A stretch of DNA of 47,988 bases from Nemertoderma westbladi (lineage: Eukaryota; Animalia; Xenacoelomorpha). The notes under the pieces were generated by a model. The model made no database searches, was not told the origin of the DNA, and was given only the letters and a program-made list of their open reading frames with translations. The position numbers and the translations under genes were made by a program. This document shows, in pieces, positions 1-11,800 of the stretch. Within the stretch, counting starts at the first letter, position 1; every line of letters starts with the position of its first letter. The stretch is taken from assembly GCA_032718475.1 (NCBI GenBank), contig JAUCBJ010005121.1, positions 1-47,988 of the forward strand, written 5' to 3'.

Positions 1-880
1 CCTTGTCTTACAACGACCTGTGAGCAAAAGTGTGGTTTGTCGGCCGGATGGTTAAAACCCTCCATTAATGAGCATAATTGAATAAGTATTACTATCCCAA
101 TTTGATTTTTAATATTTAAAAAATTATGATTACAATACGTTAAACTTAATTAAAAAATACGTAACTAATGATGTACATAACATAGTTCACTTTAAAACAA
201 ATTAGGTTTTCAATAAAATTACCTTATCAGAGTATTAAAATTAAATTACGTAAATTTTTAGAAGGTATTGTAGGGGGTGGGCTGGCGCTGGCGCTTGGAT
301 TTATTTATTTCTTTATTTACATTTATTAGTATAATTAGAGACAGGGGCAGGAAGGAAGCTTGTCGAATTTACACAATTACTGTATAAGCAAATGCACTGC
401 AACGGCAGCCATCGCGCTGCTAGGTCTTTGGTGGCCTTGATTCTGAGTTAAGGAACATTGAAACAATTTCTAATATAACAATAAATTAAAAATATTCCAA
501 AGGCTGTTTTTCTGAACTAGTTGTTGGTGTAATAATAGGCCCTGCCCTACAAGAACAAAACTCAGTCTGGGACACTACCACAACACTGCCATGTAAATCC
601 AATCGCTGTCCATCCACAAAGTCAAGCAAGCTCCATCCACCGCCCTGTCAATCACATCGCGGCTTGGCCATTAACAAAAGCCAGTTCTCGGCGGGAATCT
701 GAGTTCAAAGGCATGCCGCAGAAGAGCGATGTAAACTGTTACCTTGAAATCATTTCAATGTGATTTCAATATGAGACAGAAAGTCTGGAATTTCGGTCCA
801 TCGATTTCAAGGTCATTTCAATATACCATCAATGTCATTTCAATGTCAATGCTACTTTCAATGATATTCTATGGACACAT

Positions 881-934
881 TTTGATCAAACTTTGATCAA
901 TGTTTGATCAAAGTTTGATCAATGTTTGATCAAA
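881..934. repeat. Five near-tandem copies of TTTGATCAA at the break point of Pao-1
   Basis: tttgatcaaactttgatcaatgtttgatcaaagtttgatcaatgtttgatcaaa read directly. Confidence 0.9.
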
Positions 935-1825
935 GGAATGCTTTTTGAGAGCGGGACTGTAGTTGTTCTCCAACTTAGGTGGTTGTCGACGCCACAACAT
1001 TCCAACTTCAAAATGTCCAGTCGGTAGCAAACGTATGGTATCTTCCATCATCTCCAGCGACCGTTTCTCATCAGTGGACATGGTTAGGTCATACCCACCG
1101 GGTTCCATTGCGTCCCTATCCAGCCATTCGACGGTTCTGGCTCCTGTCTCGAGGTCCTGGCGTATCAATTCCTTCTGTAGCTCCTCCTCACTGTATTGGA
1201 AAATGTCTAGGTCTCGATATTTAGCCACCTGACCCTCCACTATGTCGGTATAAGTCAAAACGTTACTCAGATAAGTAGCGTGGGCCGCTGAACCAGACCC
1301 ACAGGTCTGATAACAGTAGTCCTCGGGTTCACCATCTGTCCGGTCATTGTAGAGTGGTTCCGACAACCTAACATTATCGGGATCAACTCCTCGTCCGACT
1401 CGCTAACGTCACTGTAGTGGTCAATACAGGTTCTCCTAAACTCGTCTATGTCTGGTGGTTCTACTAACGGTGGTTGAATTATAGGCTGTAATCCGTTGTA
1501 TCTATCCATTGGCTTGTCGCCACCTGTGAACTCATAGGACATGGGTACTTGTGTATACCAACCTAATATAGTCCTATGGGCATGTGGTCCATTTACATGC
1601 GGCTCAGCTGGTCTCGTTTCCCATATTTGGTGTGCGATCAGCTGTTCTGCACCAATTAACATAGAAACATTCCTATAACCTACCTGGTGTTTCGGTACTC
1701 TGAGCTTGTCAAAATATTCCTGTGCTATGGGACTCATCGGTGGCACCTTACCTAACTGCCTGCCGAACCCCTTCATAGCTAGACACTTAAATCCATCCAA
1801 TGGCAATGCTCTCCGTTCTTGTCGA
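935..1825 (-). pseudogene. BEL/Pao LTR retrotransposon pol fragment (region between protease and RT), frameshifted (Pao-1)
   Basis: ORFs 1267-1956 and 908-1366 contain Pao-like motifs MLIGAE..GPHAHRTILGW and LLPTGHFEVGMLWR..LENNY. The N-terminus of the 229-aa ORF comes from the adjacent insertion. Confidence 0.75.
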
Positions 1826-1826
1826 G

Positions 1827-2448
1827 TGTGGGGCGAGACACGTAGTCGGCGAGCCTTTGCATACGGTTCATATAGGGCAAATGGGGCATGTCCGTCTGTC
1901 TGTCTGTCTGTCCGTCCGTCCGTCTGGTAAATGTTTGAACGCGAATTTCTCGGCATCGCTCGTTCGGAATTGAACCAAACTTAGTAGGTAAGTAGTAGAG
2001 AGAAAGTTTAGAAAGTTTGTAAAGTTTGGTGAAAAATCATGCAGTCTGACGTCAGCTACGACAGATTATGTGGTTTTTAGAAAATGTTAAATTTCTCGGG
2101 AAGGCCTCATTTTCCTGAGCTGAAATTTTGGTGGCCTGTAGAGAATCATGAAGTCTATCTTTTACGAAATTGAAAAGTTAAGACATTTAATTGGGGATCC
2201 GCTAGAGACTCAGAAGTAATGACATAGGCCTACCGGTACGGTACTGCTGTACAGTGTTGCACTGGTAAGTACGAAATTGCAGAATAACAATTTGACACCA
2301 CCTAGCGGATTAACATATGATTGTATATCGAATGAATACATTTATAGCATGGGATATTGGGTCCAAACTAGACATGCCCCATTTGCTCTATATGAACCGT
2401 ATGCCAAGGCTTGCCGACTACGTGCTGCGCGAAGTCCCCACGAACGTG
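1827..2448 (+). mobile_element. DINE-1/HINE-like non-autonomous element (putative Helentron-type rolling circle)
   Basis: Starts TGTGGGGCGAG and ends CCCCACGAACGTG. It has a 54-bp inverted repeat (1839-1892 vs 2371-2424, 3 mismatches) and a (GTCY)n microsatellite at about 1890-1925. Same termini recur at 44616/45960 and 47553. Confidence 0.7.
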
Positions 2449-3060
2449 TTTAGATGTTCCACTGATAGACCCTGACAGTCAGGTGACTTACCTGTGGCTA
2501 AAGATAAGATGGCTTTTTCTATCCAAGGGATGGAAATGTTAGGAGTCGGAGTTTCTTCGCACTGTTTGTCAATGTTCGCTTTAAAATATCATAATCTTTT
2601 TCCACTTCGGTCATTGGCCTGCCTAATATATTTTTGAAATGATCCCGTAGCACATTCTTGACTTTATTTGAATTGCTTGGAGGGGCTTTATTTTTCGTCG
2701 AGAAAAATTCTCAAGTCGGATATTGGAATGCCTCATAATTGTTCCATTTAATTTAGTGCTGTTCAACCAGTTACGAAGATGCCTTGTTGCCTTCTTGGAT
2801 TCTCGGAATGCAGTGCGCACTATTTCTGATTCAACTTCTGTTCCAACTTTGTTGACTCGATGCCACGAATGATATAGTTTTTTGGTCGTTTTTGATAGCT
2901 CGGATAGTTTGGAATTCCGAATTCGGATATTCCTTGTTTTGCGATTAAATTTCATTATCCTCACGTGTTTTTCAGATGTTTTTTCAAGATATTTGTGACT
3001 GAATTCATAAAGTTCTCCATTATGGTAAAATCCCATGAGTGGGCGTCGGGTGGTATTTTT
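2449..3060 (-). pseudogene. Decayed non-LTR retrotransposon ORF2 fragment (linker and RT N-terminal region)
   Basis: Minus-strand translation near 2450-2545 gives WIEKAILSLATGKSPDCQGLSVEHLK, the KSPGxDG-type motif that precedes LINE RT. The basic ORF 2623-3036 lies upstream. Confidence 0.65.
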
Positions 3061-3131
3061 GACCGCAAACTTTCGATTTGTTCTGTTACAGCTGCATTGT
3101 ATTCATACAGTATATCAATACAGTTCTATAT

Positions 3132-3556
3132 AGGGTTGGTGAGCGAAAAAATTGTTGGGCTAGAAACAATTTAATAAGGGGTAGCAAGGTGCCCTGATTC
3201 GAGTGGCGGGGTGTGTTTTTTGTAAAAACACGAGGAAACGGTCGAAATGGCGAGATTAATTAAGCGCGGAAAGCCAATCGACTGTGATTGGCTGTTACAG
3301 ATTTGACGTCACTACGCAGTGCTCCGTTAATTTTTTATCTTGGTTTCTATGGACAGCGATTTTCTATCCATTTAAATACACATTTAATCTCAATCATTTC
3401 ACAAGTGGCTTATCTATTGAAAGCGGAAAGTCTGGCGCATCTTTTGACACTATAAGTAGTTCAATTCATGTTGAAGAACATTGATAAAATGCTGTTCACA
3501 ATTGTAAGCCTTGATTCAAATGTTTCTAGCCCAGCAATTTTTTGTGCACCATCCCT
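3132..3556. mobile_element. MITE with ~37-bp imperfect TIRs, AG..CT ends, AT flanks (PIF/ISL2EU-like)
   Basis: atagggttggtgagcgaaaaaattgttgggctagaaaca (3130-3168) is the inverse of tgtttctagcccagcaattttttgtgcaccatccctat (3521-3558). Superfamily is an inference. Confidence 0.75.
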
Positions 3557-3602
3557 ATTGTAATACAAATTTCATTAAGATCGCATTATAATGTTAACTT
3601 AC

Positions 3603-3767
3603 ATATGACCAACAACCATCGGAGAGGATAAATTCGATGTAATTGTGTTGGGTTGTACGTGGGACCATTCGGATGCAAGTATTTATATCTAACCAAAGTC
3701 TGGCAAACTCAACGGCGAACATAAGATCTGCGTCGTTGGATCCGTAGCTAAATGGTACAACCCAATT
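3603..3767 (-). CDS. Host exon: astacin (M12A) metalloprotease domain, N-terminal part
   Basis: 165-bp phase 0-0 exon with a ttccag acceptor and gtaagt donor. Encodes NWVVPFSY...TCIRMVPRTTQHNYIEFILSDGCWSY, matching astacin VPY..TCIRF.PR...YI.F...GCWSYVG. Confidence 0.85.
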
Positions 3768-6040
3768 CTGGAATAAAATATTAAATAAAATGGGGAACAA
3801 TTCTTAACCGCTCAGTAATTAACCGCTCAGTCCATGAAAATTAATGTTTTGTTAATTAAATATACAGCACACATATTAATTTTCAGCCTTTTAAATAAAA
3901 TAACATTTAATTAACCGGTGGCTTTATTTAACATTGAGTATTCACATGAATTATTTATTAATATGAGAAATGGTTTTTATACATCACTCGAAATCTGCAC
4001 CAGTAGGCCTAGTCGGAATTTTAGCATTTTATATTTATTTAGTAGATTTAGTATTATTTGTACTATTCAATTTGGTCGGATGTTCACAAAAGTGTGAGCT
4101 TGATCATATTACTTACATACTTATACTACTGTAGGCCTACTTTTAAAACTATAATAAGATTGTTTTTATCGGCGTTAGTTCTGTTTCAATGCAGTGCTAT
4201 CATACTGTACACTGTACTAGCACACTGTACAGTGTGCTGGACAGTATTAAAATGTTGTTTTTGTTTATTAGTGGCGGATCAGAACCTAAGCCTGTGCGTT
4301 TCGTCGAATTATCAACGTTCGTTTCGTTGATAACAATAACAACAAATTTGTAAATTATAATTAAATTTACACGAAATTGTAAAAAAAACTGACCCCGCTT
4401 TCATCTTTGTAATCCATCCACCGACCATTCAAGTAGCTGCTGGTCCCTCGATTATTTATGAGCTCGGTTATTATTTTTTTGGTTTCTGGTGTCAGTTTTA
4501 TATCGCCCTATAATATAATATATAAAGAGATTATCAGTGCTTACCTGTTTGGCTACCAACTATACAGGAAATGTGAATTATTGTTGAATTAATTCTGTAC
4601 GTACTATTTGCATGCAGGGCACACTTCACATTTACCATGTATACTATAGGAATTGTTCAATATATCTTAATCTTATCTTTTCTTATCAAATATCAATAAT
4701 TTGCTACGAACTTTGGTATGATGACAGTTAGACAACTTGTCATACTGCTGACAGAGCCGGATTTTTTAATTTCTGAACTATTTCGATATAACAAGACCTT
4801 AAAAATCTGAGAATAATAATAATAATTAAGCAGGTATTATTAGAGCGCCCTAACTCCAGGAAATCAGTTTCGAAGGCGCTGGGTGAGGGAGAAGAATATA
4901 CATAGCTGAGTGTTACTGATAGGCCCTGTTTAATGTTTTTAGACCACACCGGAAATTATTGAGATCGCGCGGTTGCAGTTCTGGGGGAGAGTGGTAAGCT
5001 ATTAAAAACAACAGGTGCTGAGTAAGAGAATGAGCGAGCGCCAAATAATATTACTAAAGTAAATTACCAAATTACTAAAGGATAGTATTTTTATTGCAAA
5101 CGACAGGTGCTGAGTACTTGCTAAAAATGTGGTGTATTGTAGTACAGTATGTAATACATGTATTTATTTATTTATATATTATATATATATATATGTAATG
5201 CATGTATATATTATATTAATACGTATTTTTATGAGTCGCATGTATTTTATATTGTATTTATATTTGTAGGCCCATGCATATATATTATTATTATTATTAA
5301 TATAAATTGACACCATAACTTAGAACCGATCAAAGATAGCATAATTATGGTGATGGGGTTTCCCCATAAAAACATATACGTAGTTTAAATCATGAGTTAA
5401 AAATTAATTAAATTACATTAAAATACTCCGAATTAAAATTATTACCGTATTTAATTGGTCTCAAAAAGGCCGTGCTAATTATGAGATTAAACGAAAAAGT
5501 TAAAAGGGTCAGAAGACTGGATGACATTCATGGAATGAAATAATATGTGTATTAAAATAAGATGAAATATATTTACGTATTAATAAAATGGTCTGACCTG
5601 ATGTCGTAAAAATGAGATAAAATATATGCGTATTAAATTTAAAATGAGATTCAATAAATACGTATTAAAAGGGTCAGAGTGGATGTGAAGTGAAATAAAA
5701 TATGTATTAATTAATAAAGCAGTATACAATATACGTCGTCATCTATTAGTATAAGTAATTGAGATGAGAGTTATTGATTCAACAGTTCATTAAGACGCAG
5801 CTGCAGCACACTGACCAGCTACAGGGAATATCACTTGAGTAGTGTTTATGAAATATCTCCGAAATAAGTCGATCAGACGAGATTTAAGCCCTACATTGTT
5901 TGTAAAATTCGCTTTGGTAATGCATTTGCAATGTAAGGTACTCGGAACCAAAAATCCGTATTTCCTAGATCCGTATTTATTTCGTGTGGGGGGTGTTCCG
6001 GGAACGTACCCGGACCCCAGAAGGAAATCGGGAACTGGAA

Positions 6041-6277
6041 TGTAGTTTTTAACACTCGGTCCTTTTATTCCAAACAGACGTAAACACATTTCCTGATAAC
6101 CGGTATGAAATATACTTACAACAAAGCAAGTACCGTAGACAACAGGCTAATGGGTGGTACTGCATGGAAAACACAGTATATTATCATAAGACAGGTACAG
6201 TATGACAACGCACTAGTACACAATTATACTGTGTTATACTGTAAGCACTACAAGTGGTACTGTATGTAGGTACAACA
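6041..6277 (-). repeat. Probable 3' LTR of Pao-2
   Basis: TG..CA bounded segment downstream of the integrase, AATAAA on the minus strand near 6065, preceded on the minus strand by GTGGAGTG. No partner LTR was found. Confidence 0.5.
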
Positions 6278-6807
6278 CACTCCACGAAAATTTACACAAA
6301 GGCATGGATATTGATCCATGAAATAAGTTCTAGAATAATGTTATATCATGTGAAAGACGTTGAGCACAATAGTTCAAAACATTACATAAAATGGTATATA
6401 ACCTAAATTATCCTAACAATATACAAAACACTTTTACAAATAATGCATATAAAGATTATATATGATTCCTAAAACATTTCTTAATTAAAAGATTCCATGA
6501 GTTATGATTACTTTAATCCCTATCTTAACCCTATCTAACCTATGACGATTAAACTACTATACTAAGTCAATTCCAAGTACTGTTCAAATAGATGAGTTTC
6601 AAGTTACTTAGTTATATTATTTATGGTGACACAGCAGAACTAGCTCAGATATTGGCTGGGGAAATATGGCTTGGGAGTCTTGTCCTTTCCAAGTCGGACC
6701 AAACGAATGGTTACTGAGCTTTACTGATCTTTACTGCGTTGACAATGATGTGGGCCAATTATTACGATTCAGGATTTTCTCTCTTATAAGGACGCGGTCT
6801 CCAACTT

Positions 6808-7431
6808 CTAATGAGGTCTTTGGGTTCTTCCACTTACGCCGTGCCTGTAACGTTTACATATAATTATCTTTCCATCGAATCCAGAATTGATCCGTGAGAT
6901 ATTGCACTCGTCGCCATCTACAGTACGTGACCCATATGTGAGGATGTCAGACTTATGAAAGCTATCCATTTGTGTTGGTGGGTGTCCATCTTCCTTTAAG
7001 GTCAAGATCACGGATGGGTTAAGAGGTTGGGGATCAACAGGGTCTGTTGATACATCCCAGAGTGGTGTTGAATTGATAATTGCAGATGCTTCAACCAAGG
7101 CTGTATGTAACTCATCCATAGACAGCCTCCGGGGTACCATGAGCATCAGAGTCGAATCTAAAATCCTCCTTATGGATCCTATCTTCCTTTCCCAGCTGCC
7201 TTCAAAATGAGAAGCATGAGGAGGATTAAATTCCCACTTTATACCTCGATCTTTCAAATCATGTTCTATCGCTTCAAAATCAATTTCTGCTGCATCCTCG
7301 TTATGTGCCCCTATAAAGTTTGAACCTCTATCACTATGCAGGGTTCTGCATAAACCACGTATACCTATAAATCGCCGAAGGGCATTCCTGAAGCTAGGTG
7401 TGTCCAACGAGGGCAATAATTCGATATGCAC
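6808..7431 (-). pseudogene. Pao-2 integrase catalytic core fragment
   Basis: HIELLPSLDTPSFRNALRRFIGIRG..HSDRGSNFIGA..WEFNPPHASHFEGSWERKIGSIRR. Confidence 0.9.
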
Positions 7432-7548
7432 TGCCCTACATACGAGGCAAGTTAGAAGGAGTGCCCCTGTTTTCCGATTGCCTGTATTTTGTCATGTTGT
7501 TCTTCCCTCTGAAATCGTCCAGGGTCAAGTCCGGTATTTGTGAATGGT

Positions 7549-8856
7549 ACTAGTACTACTAGGATCGGCATGCTGCATTGCAGCTGCATTTTTAAGAATG
7601 CTGTGCCGGCTTGTCAACAAAATTGCACCGCCACAACTCCCTATCACCCATGACATTTGCTAGATCATCCGCATCTTTAAGACCAGTGTCCTTTAAGATG
7701 CGTCTCAAGAAAGTCATGGGCTGTCCACCATGCTTATTCACTCCATGAGGCTGCCAAAGTACAAGATTATGCACTGGCTGGTCCTTACGGCGAAAGCAAT
7801 GTCCTGCAAAGCGGAGGCGATTTTGTTCTAGTGTCAAGCTTGGGGGAACCAATAAGACACCTCCAATGTTATATAGTGTCTGGTTGGAGATGTGTGCATT
7901 GTACTTGACACAATGAACCCGGCGTAGCATTCTTGTGAATGTGCCATCCAGAGATTTGGTGTCCTCAGCAGTTAGAGCCCAGCATGGACTCCCGTAGAGG
8001 AGTACTGGAACTACTGCTGCTCTAAATAATCGGACCTTAAGTTTCCGATTAATTCTCGGTGACTTCCAAATCCTGGAAAGCCTATTCAAGGCTGCCCATG
8101 CTTTTCCCTTACGTATTCGAAGGTCCTCACCTGACTTCCGGATCCATGATCCCAGGTAACAGAAGTCGTCGACATGCTCAAGCATACCATCCTTTGAGCT
8201 TATGCTCATCCGATCAGAGACTTGCTGAGGACTTTCAAAGTTAACTGTCAGAATTTTGGTCTTTCTGGAGTTAATAAAAAGACCAACACTAGAAGCAGCA
8301 TGTTCTAATGAGCTGAGGAGCCGTTGGGCTCCCTCTAATGATTCTGAGAGTACTCCTAAGTCATCAGCAAAGTCTAGATCAGTTAGGTACTTGGCAGGAT
8401 TTCCTCGACTTCTGGAGCCAGTAGGTGGAGTTATCATCACCCCATCATCATTATGATGATCTAAGGACATGCGTAGAACATAGTCAACCACAATAATGAA
8501 TAAGAATGGTGCAAGTGTGTCTCCTTGGAGGACGCCCCATAACACTTCGAATGGTTCTGTGTCACCGTCAACAGTAGACACAAATGTTGTCGAACCATCG
8601 TATACTGATCTGATTGCTGCAATAATTTCATCAGGAATCCCATATAATGAAAGTATGCTGAACATACGTGAGCGAGAGACTGAATCAAAGGCCTTGAAGA
8701 AGTCAACAAAGATAACAGCCAGATGCCTGTCTTTCTTTTTTGATAATTCTTCAATTATCCTTCTAAGTGCCAAAATGGGCTCCATGGTCCCACGACCTTT
8801 ACGGAACCCATTCTGATTTCCACGGAGCAGTCTCTCAATGGGATCCCTGATGCGAT
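7549..8856 (-). mobile_element. 5'-truncated RTE-clade LINE (family RTE-B) inserted in Pao-2 integrase
   Basis: 14-bp TSD tatttgtgaatggt (7535-7548, 8857-8870). RT motifs QNGFR, DFFKAFDS, GVLQGDTLAP, FADD. (TAG)n-type tail. Confidence 0.95.
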
Positions 8857-11800
8857 TATTTGTGAATGGTGGGACTTGCTCAAGCCTATCTTTGGGCAGA
8901 TCAGCCATTTGCTGGGATCCAAGTTTACCTATCATCATTTGGCAGAGGATACAGTTCTTAATGAAATCCTTGATGAGAGTTTGTGCCTTCATGAGATGAA
9001 ACCATGCACTACGGATGGCTCCATGAGTAAGATGTCTTCCCTGATGTCCTACATGACGATGGAAGTGATCTAGCAAAACTTCTGCTAGGGGGTGTTTCTC
9101 TGGTATCAGACAGGGGTGTTGAGCATCAAAAGGGATATCTGCCCTTCTAATTCGACCACCAACCAGAGGTGTACCATTTGCGTTCAAGAAAGGTGCCAAC
9201 TCTGCAATTGGATGTGATTCTGGAATGTGCCTTCCAGCTCTAAGCTCTCGCAGGATATCAGGATAGCAATCCTTCTGAGCATCCTGTACTAACACTTCCT
9301 CTGCATCAGAGATAAAAATAGGTGAGTTCATACATGTTGAACTGATAGTTTTAGATGGGTCCTTTTTGATTCGGATTCTCCTGAGGAGCATTCTACAAAA
9401 CTTTAGGACCATTTATCTATGACCATCTATGACAACTTCAGGTAGATCTTTCAAATCCAAAACACTATTCTCTGAACCAGCTTTGACCAAATGTATGGGA
9501 GAGTATTCTGCTCAGTAAATCAGGGCCTTCCTAGCAACTTAGAAGAACTCAAAGAAATAGGATCAGCTGGTCTTGATGCAATATCTGCCGGGTTCAAACT
9601 AGATGGTATATAATTCCACTGAATTGGCATACTAAATACTAATCTTACAAATTATGTGGATTCGCCGTGAGATATATCTGCTAAAACGAGCCTTTGAATT
9701 TGTTACATAGCCTAATATTACCATACTATCAGAGTAGTAGTAGATATTATGTGGTTTTTGATGTAGAGCATAATCAACTTGTTCTACTGGCCACTGTAGC
9801 TTCTACTGCAGCGCAAAGTTCCAACCTAGGTATGGATGTCCCACTCTGTGGTGTTACCTTTGAGTTACCAGTCACAAAACCCACAGATACTTCTCCACTT
9901 TCATTGACTGATTTCATATAAATCACGTATCCAATACCTTTATCGGACACATCACAAAAAACATAGAGATCTTGCAATGTACAGACTCCAAAATATAGTG
10001 GACAGAATGGGCGAGGAATATGGAGTCGATCCAGTGCCACTAAAGATAGTAGCCAGTCATCCCACTCCTTCCGGAAACGCATGGGAAGTTCCTTATCCCA
10101 TCCACAACTTTCTAGCTCTTCACACGAATCTGCTTTCCTTGGTAAATAGAACATTGTATTATCCGTCCAGCTTGGACAACAGGACTTGCTACACATATTG
10201 GATTAAATATTGAATTTATAGTTGAGAGTACCCCTCTCCTAGTAAAAGGTTTTTGTGGGATATCAATTTTGAGAATAAAGCAATCCAATCCTGTATCCTA
10301 TGTAACCCCAAATGTCCGTTGTAGATTGGACTCACTTATCTGAACACTCATGGGATCACTTGCACATTCTGAAGGTGGAAATGCTGTTAACACATCCACA
10401 TGGCTTGATGCAATCTTATGTAGTCGGATATGGAATTGTAAAAGAGTTTGGATAGACCCTTGTAAGACTGATACTGCATCTTGGATACTATCATGACCTA
10501 CTATAACTGTTATAACTGTTATAGTAGGTCATGATACTATCATTACTTCCTAAACCATCATCTACGTAGATACTGTCTCTAATATACTGTACTACCTCTT
10601 GAGATGGGATAGGGTCACTTATTTCCAAGGTATGACGTAGACTGGTACTGTAGTTGCTATGCAAAGACTAAGGCTATTTCCGAATAAATGCACATTGCTT
10701 CAGTAAGCAACTCGTGGTTTCATTGTATCATTTCCATCAAACCAATAAAACCTTAAGAAATTACGGTGGTCTGGATCCACATGGAAACAATAGAACATTG
10801 CTTCCATATCTGCACTGAATCCCACAGCTCCTTCTCAAAATCTTATCAATACATCTCTCATACAATTATTATCATCGGGACCTTGTATCAGTTGCTCATT
10901 AAGACTAGTTCAAAAATACTTTGCAGAACTATCAAATACGAGAGTCGCACACTGATCTTACGCTCCTCAGACACAGGAAATAAGGGTATGTACCACACTT
11001 TTCCAGGTGAACCTTTGAGTTCATTGTAGGGAACTCTTTCGAACTTATTAGTATTGGAATACTTCCCCATTGAGGTAATGCACTTATCCATTTTCACTGG
11101 GTCCATTTTCAACTTATTAGCTTAGTTTGATGTTCTTTTATAAACAGCATTAGAGTTATCTGGAAAGATCGGGTTTTCCTTATAGAAACGAAGAGGGACT
11201 TGGATCCAGCCATCACCATTTATCTTAATATTTGGTATTATCCTTTTCTCAAATAGAAGATCATCCTGTGATTTCCCAGTTAATTCACCATCAGAGAGGT
11301 TTAAGAAAGGGTTGTTTTTAATCATGCTCACTGACTCAGGAAGAGAATGGTATCTACACTTTCTAAAGGTTGGCACACTCTCCAGGTGGTTATCTGAACA
11401 TATATGCAGTGTGGTAGATGTGGATGATTTGCGGGTAGAATGGGGACATGTTTGGCTAACAATTTCCCACCCTAAAGGTTTCTTATGTAAGAATTGGTGG
11501 TATACTACCATAGGTTTTTGTGGGAAGTAATTCACTACAATCACGACCAAGGAGAGTGAGTGTTTCAGCTAAATCATCTCTTACTGGAAACCTACTTGCA
11601 TAGTTTTGGATATGTGGGAGACTTTTTATTATTTCAGGAGTAGCAATATAATTTCTTGCTTCAGGAATCCCCGCATTTGTATACAGTGGTGGAAGATAGA
11701 AGCTTCTAGATTCGGTAACCCCTTTAATTTCTAGACCTTCAACTATCATACCTGAAACCTGGAACTGTAACTATGTTAAAGTTGAAATCGTGTAATCATA

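Noticed and set aside
1-30. Next astacin exon after a cacag acceptor on the minus strand
   Set aside because: The translation VVVRQG does not match the expected VG.. continuation, and the window edge limits the evidence.
269-551. Solo LTR bounded by TGTAGGG..CCCTACA
   Set aside because: No TSD, PBS, PPT or second copy was found.
1826-1956. N-terminus of the 229-aa ORF (QTDGRTDRQTD) as real protein
   Set aside because: It is read-through of the HINE-like microsatellite.
4539-4600. gtaagc donor as the missing GDI exon
   Set aside because: The required phase has a stop codon and there is no GDI or WP motif.
5380-5720. Degenerate AT-rich repeats (gtattaa, gggtcaga)
   Set aside because: No clear period or boundaries; low complexity.
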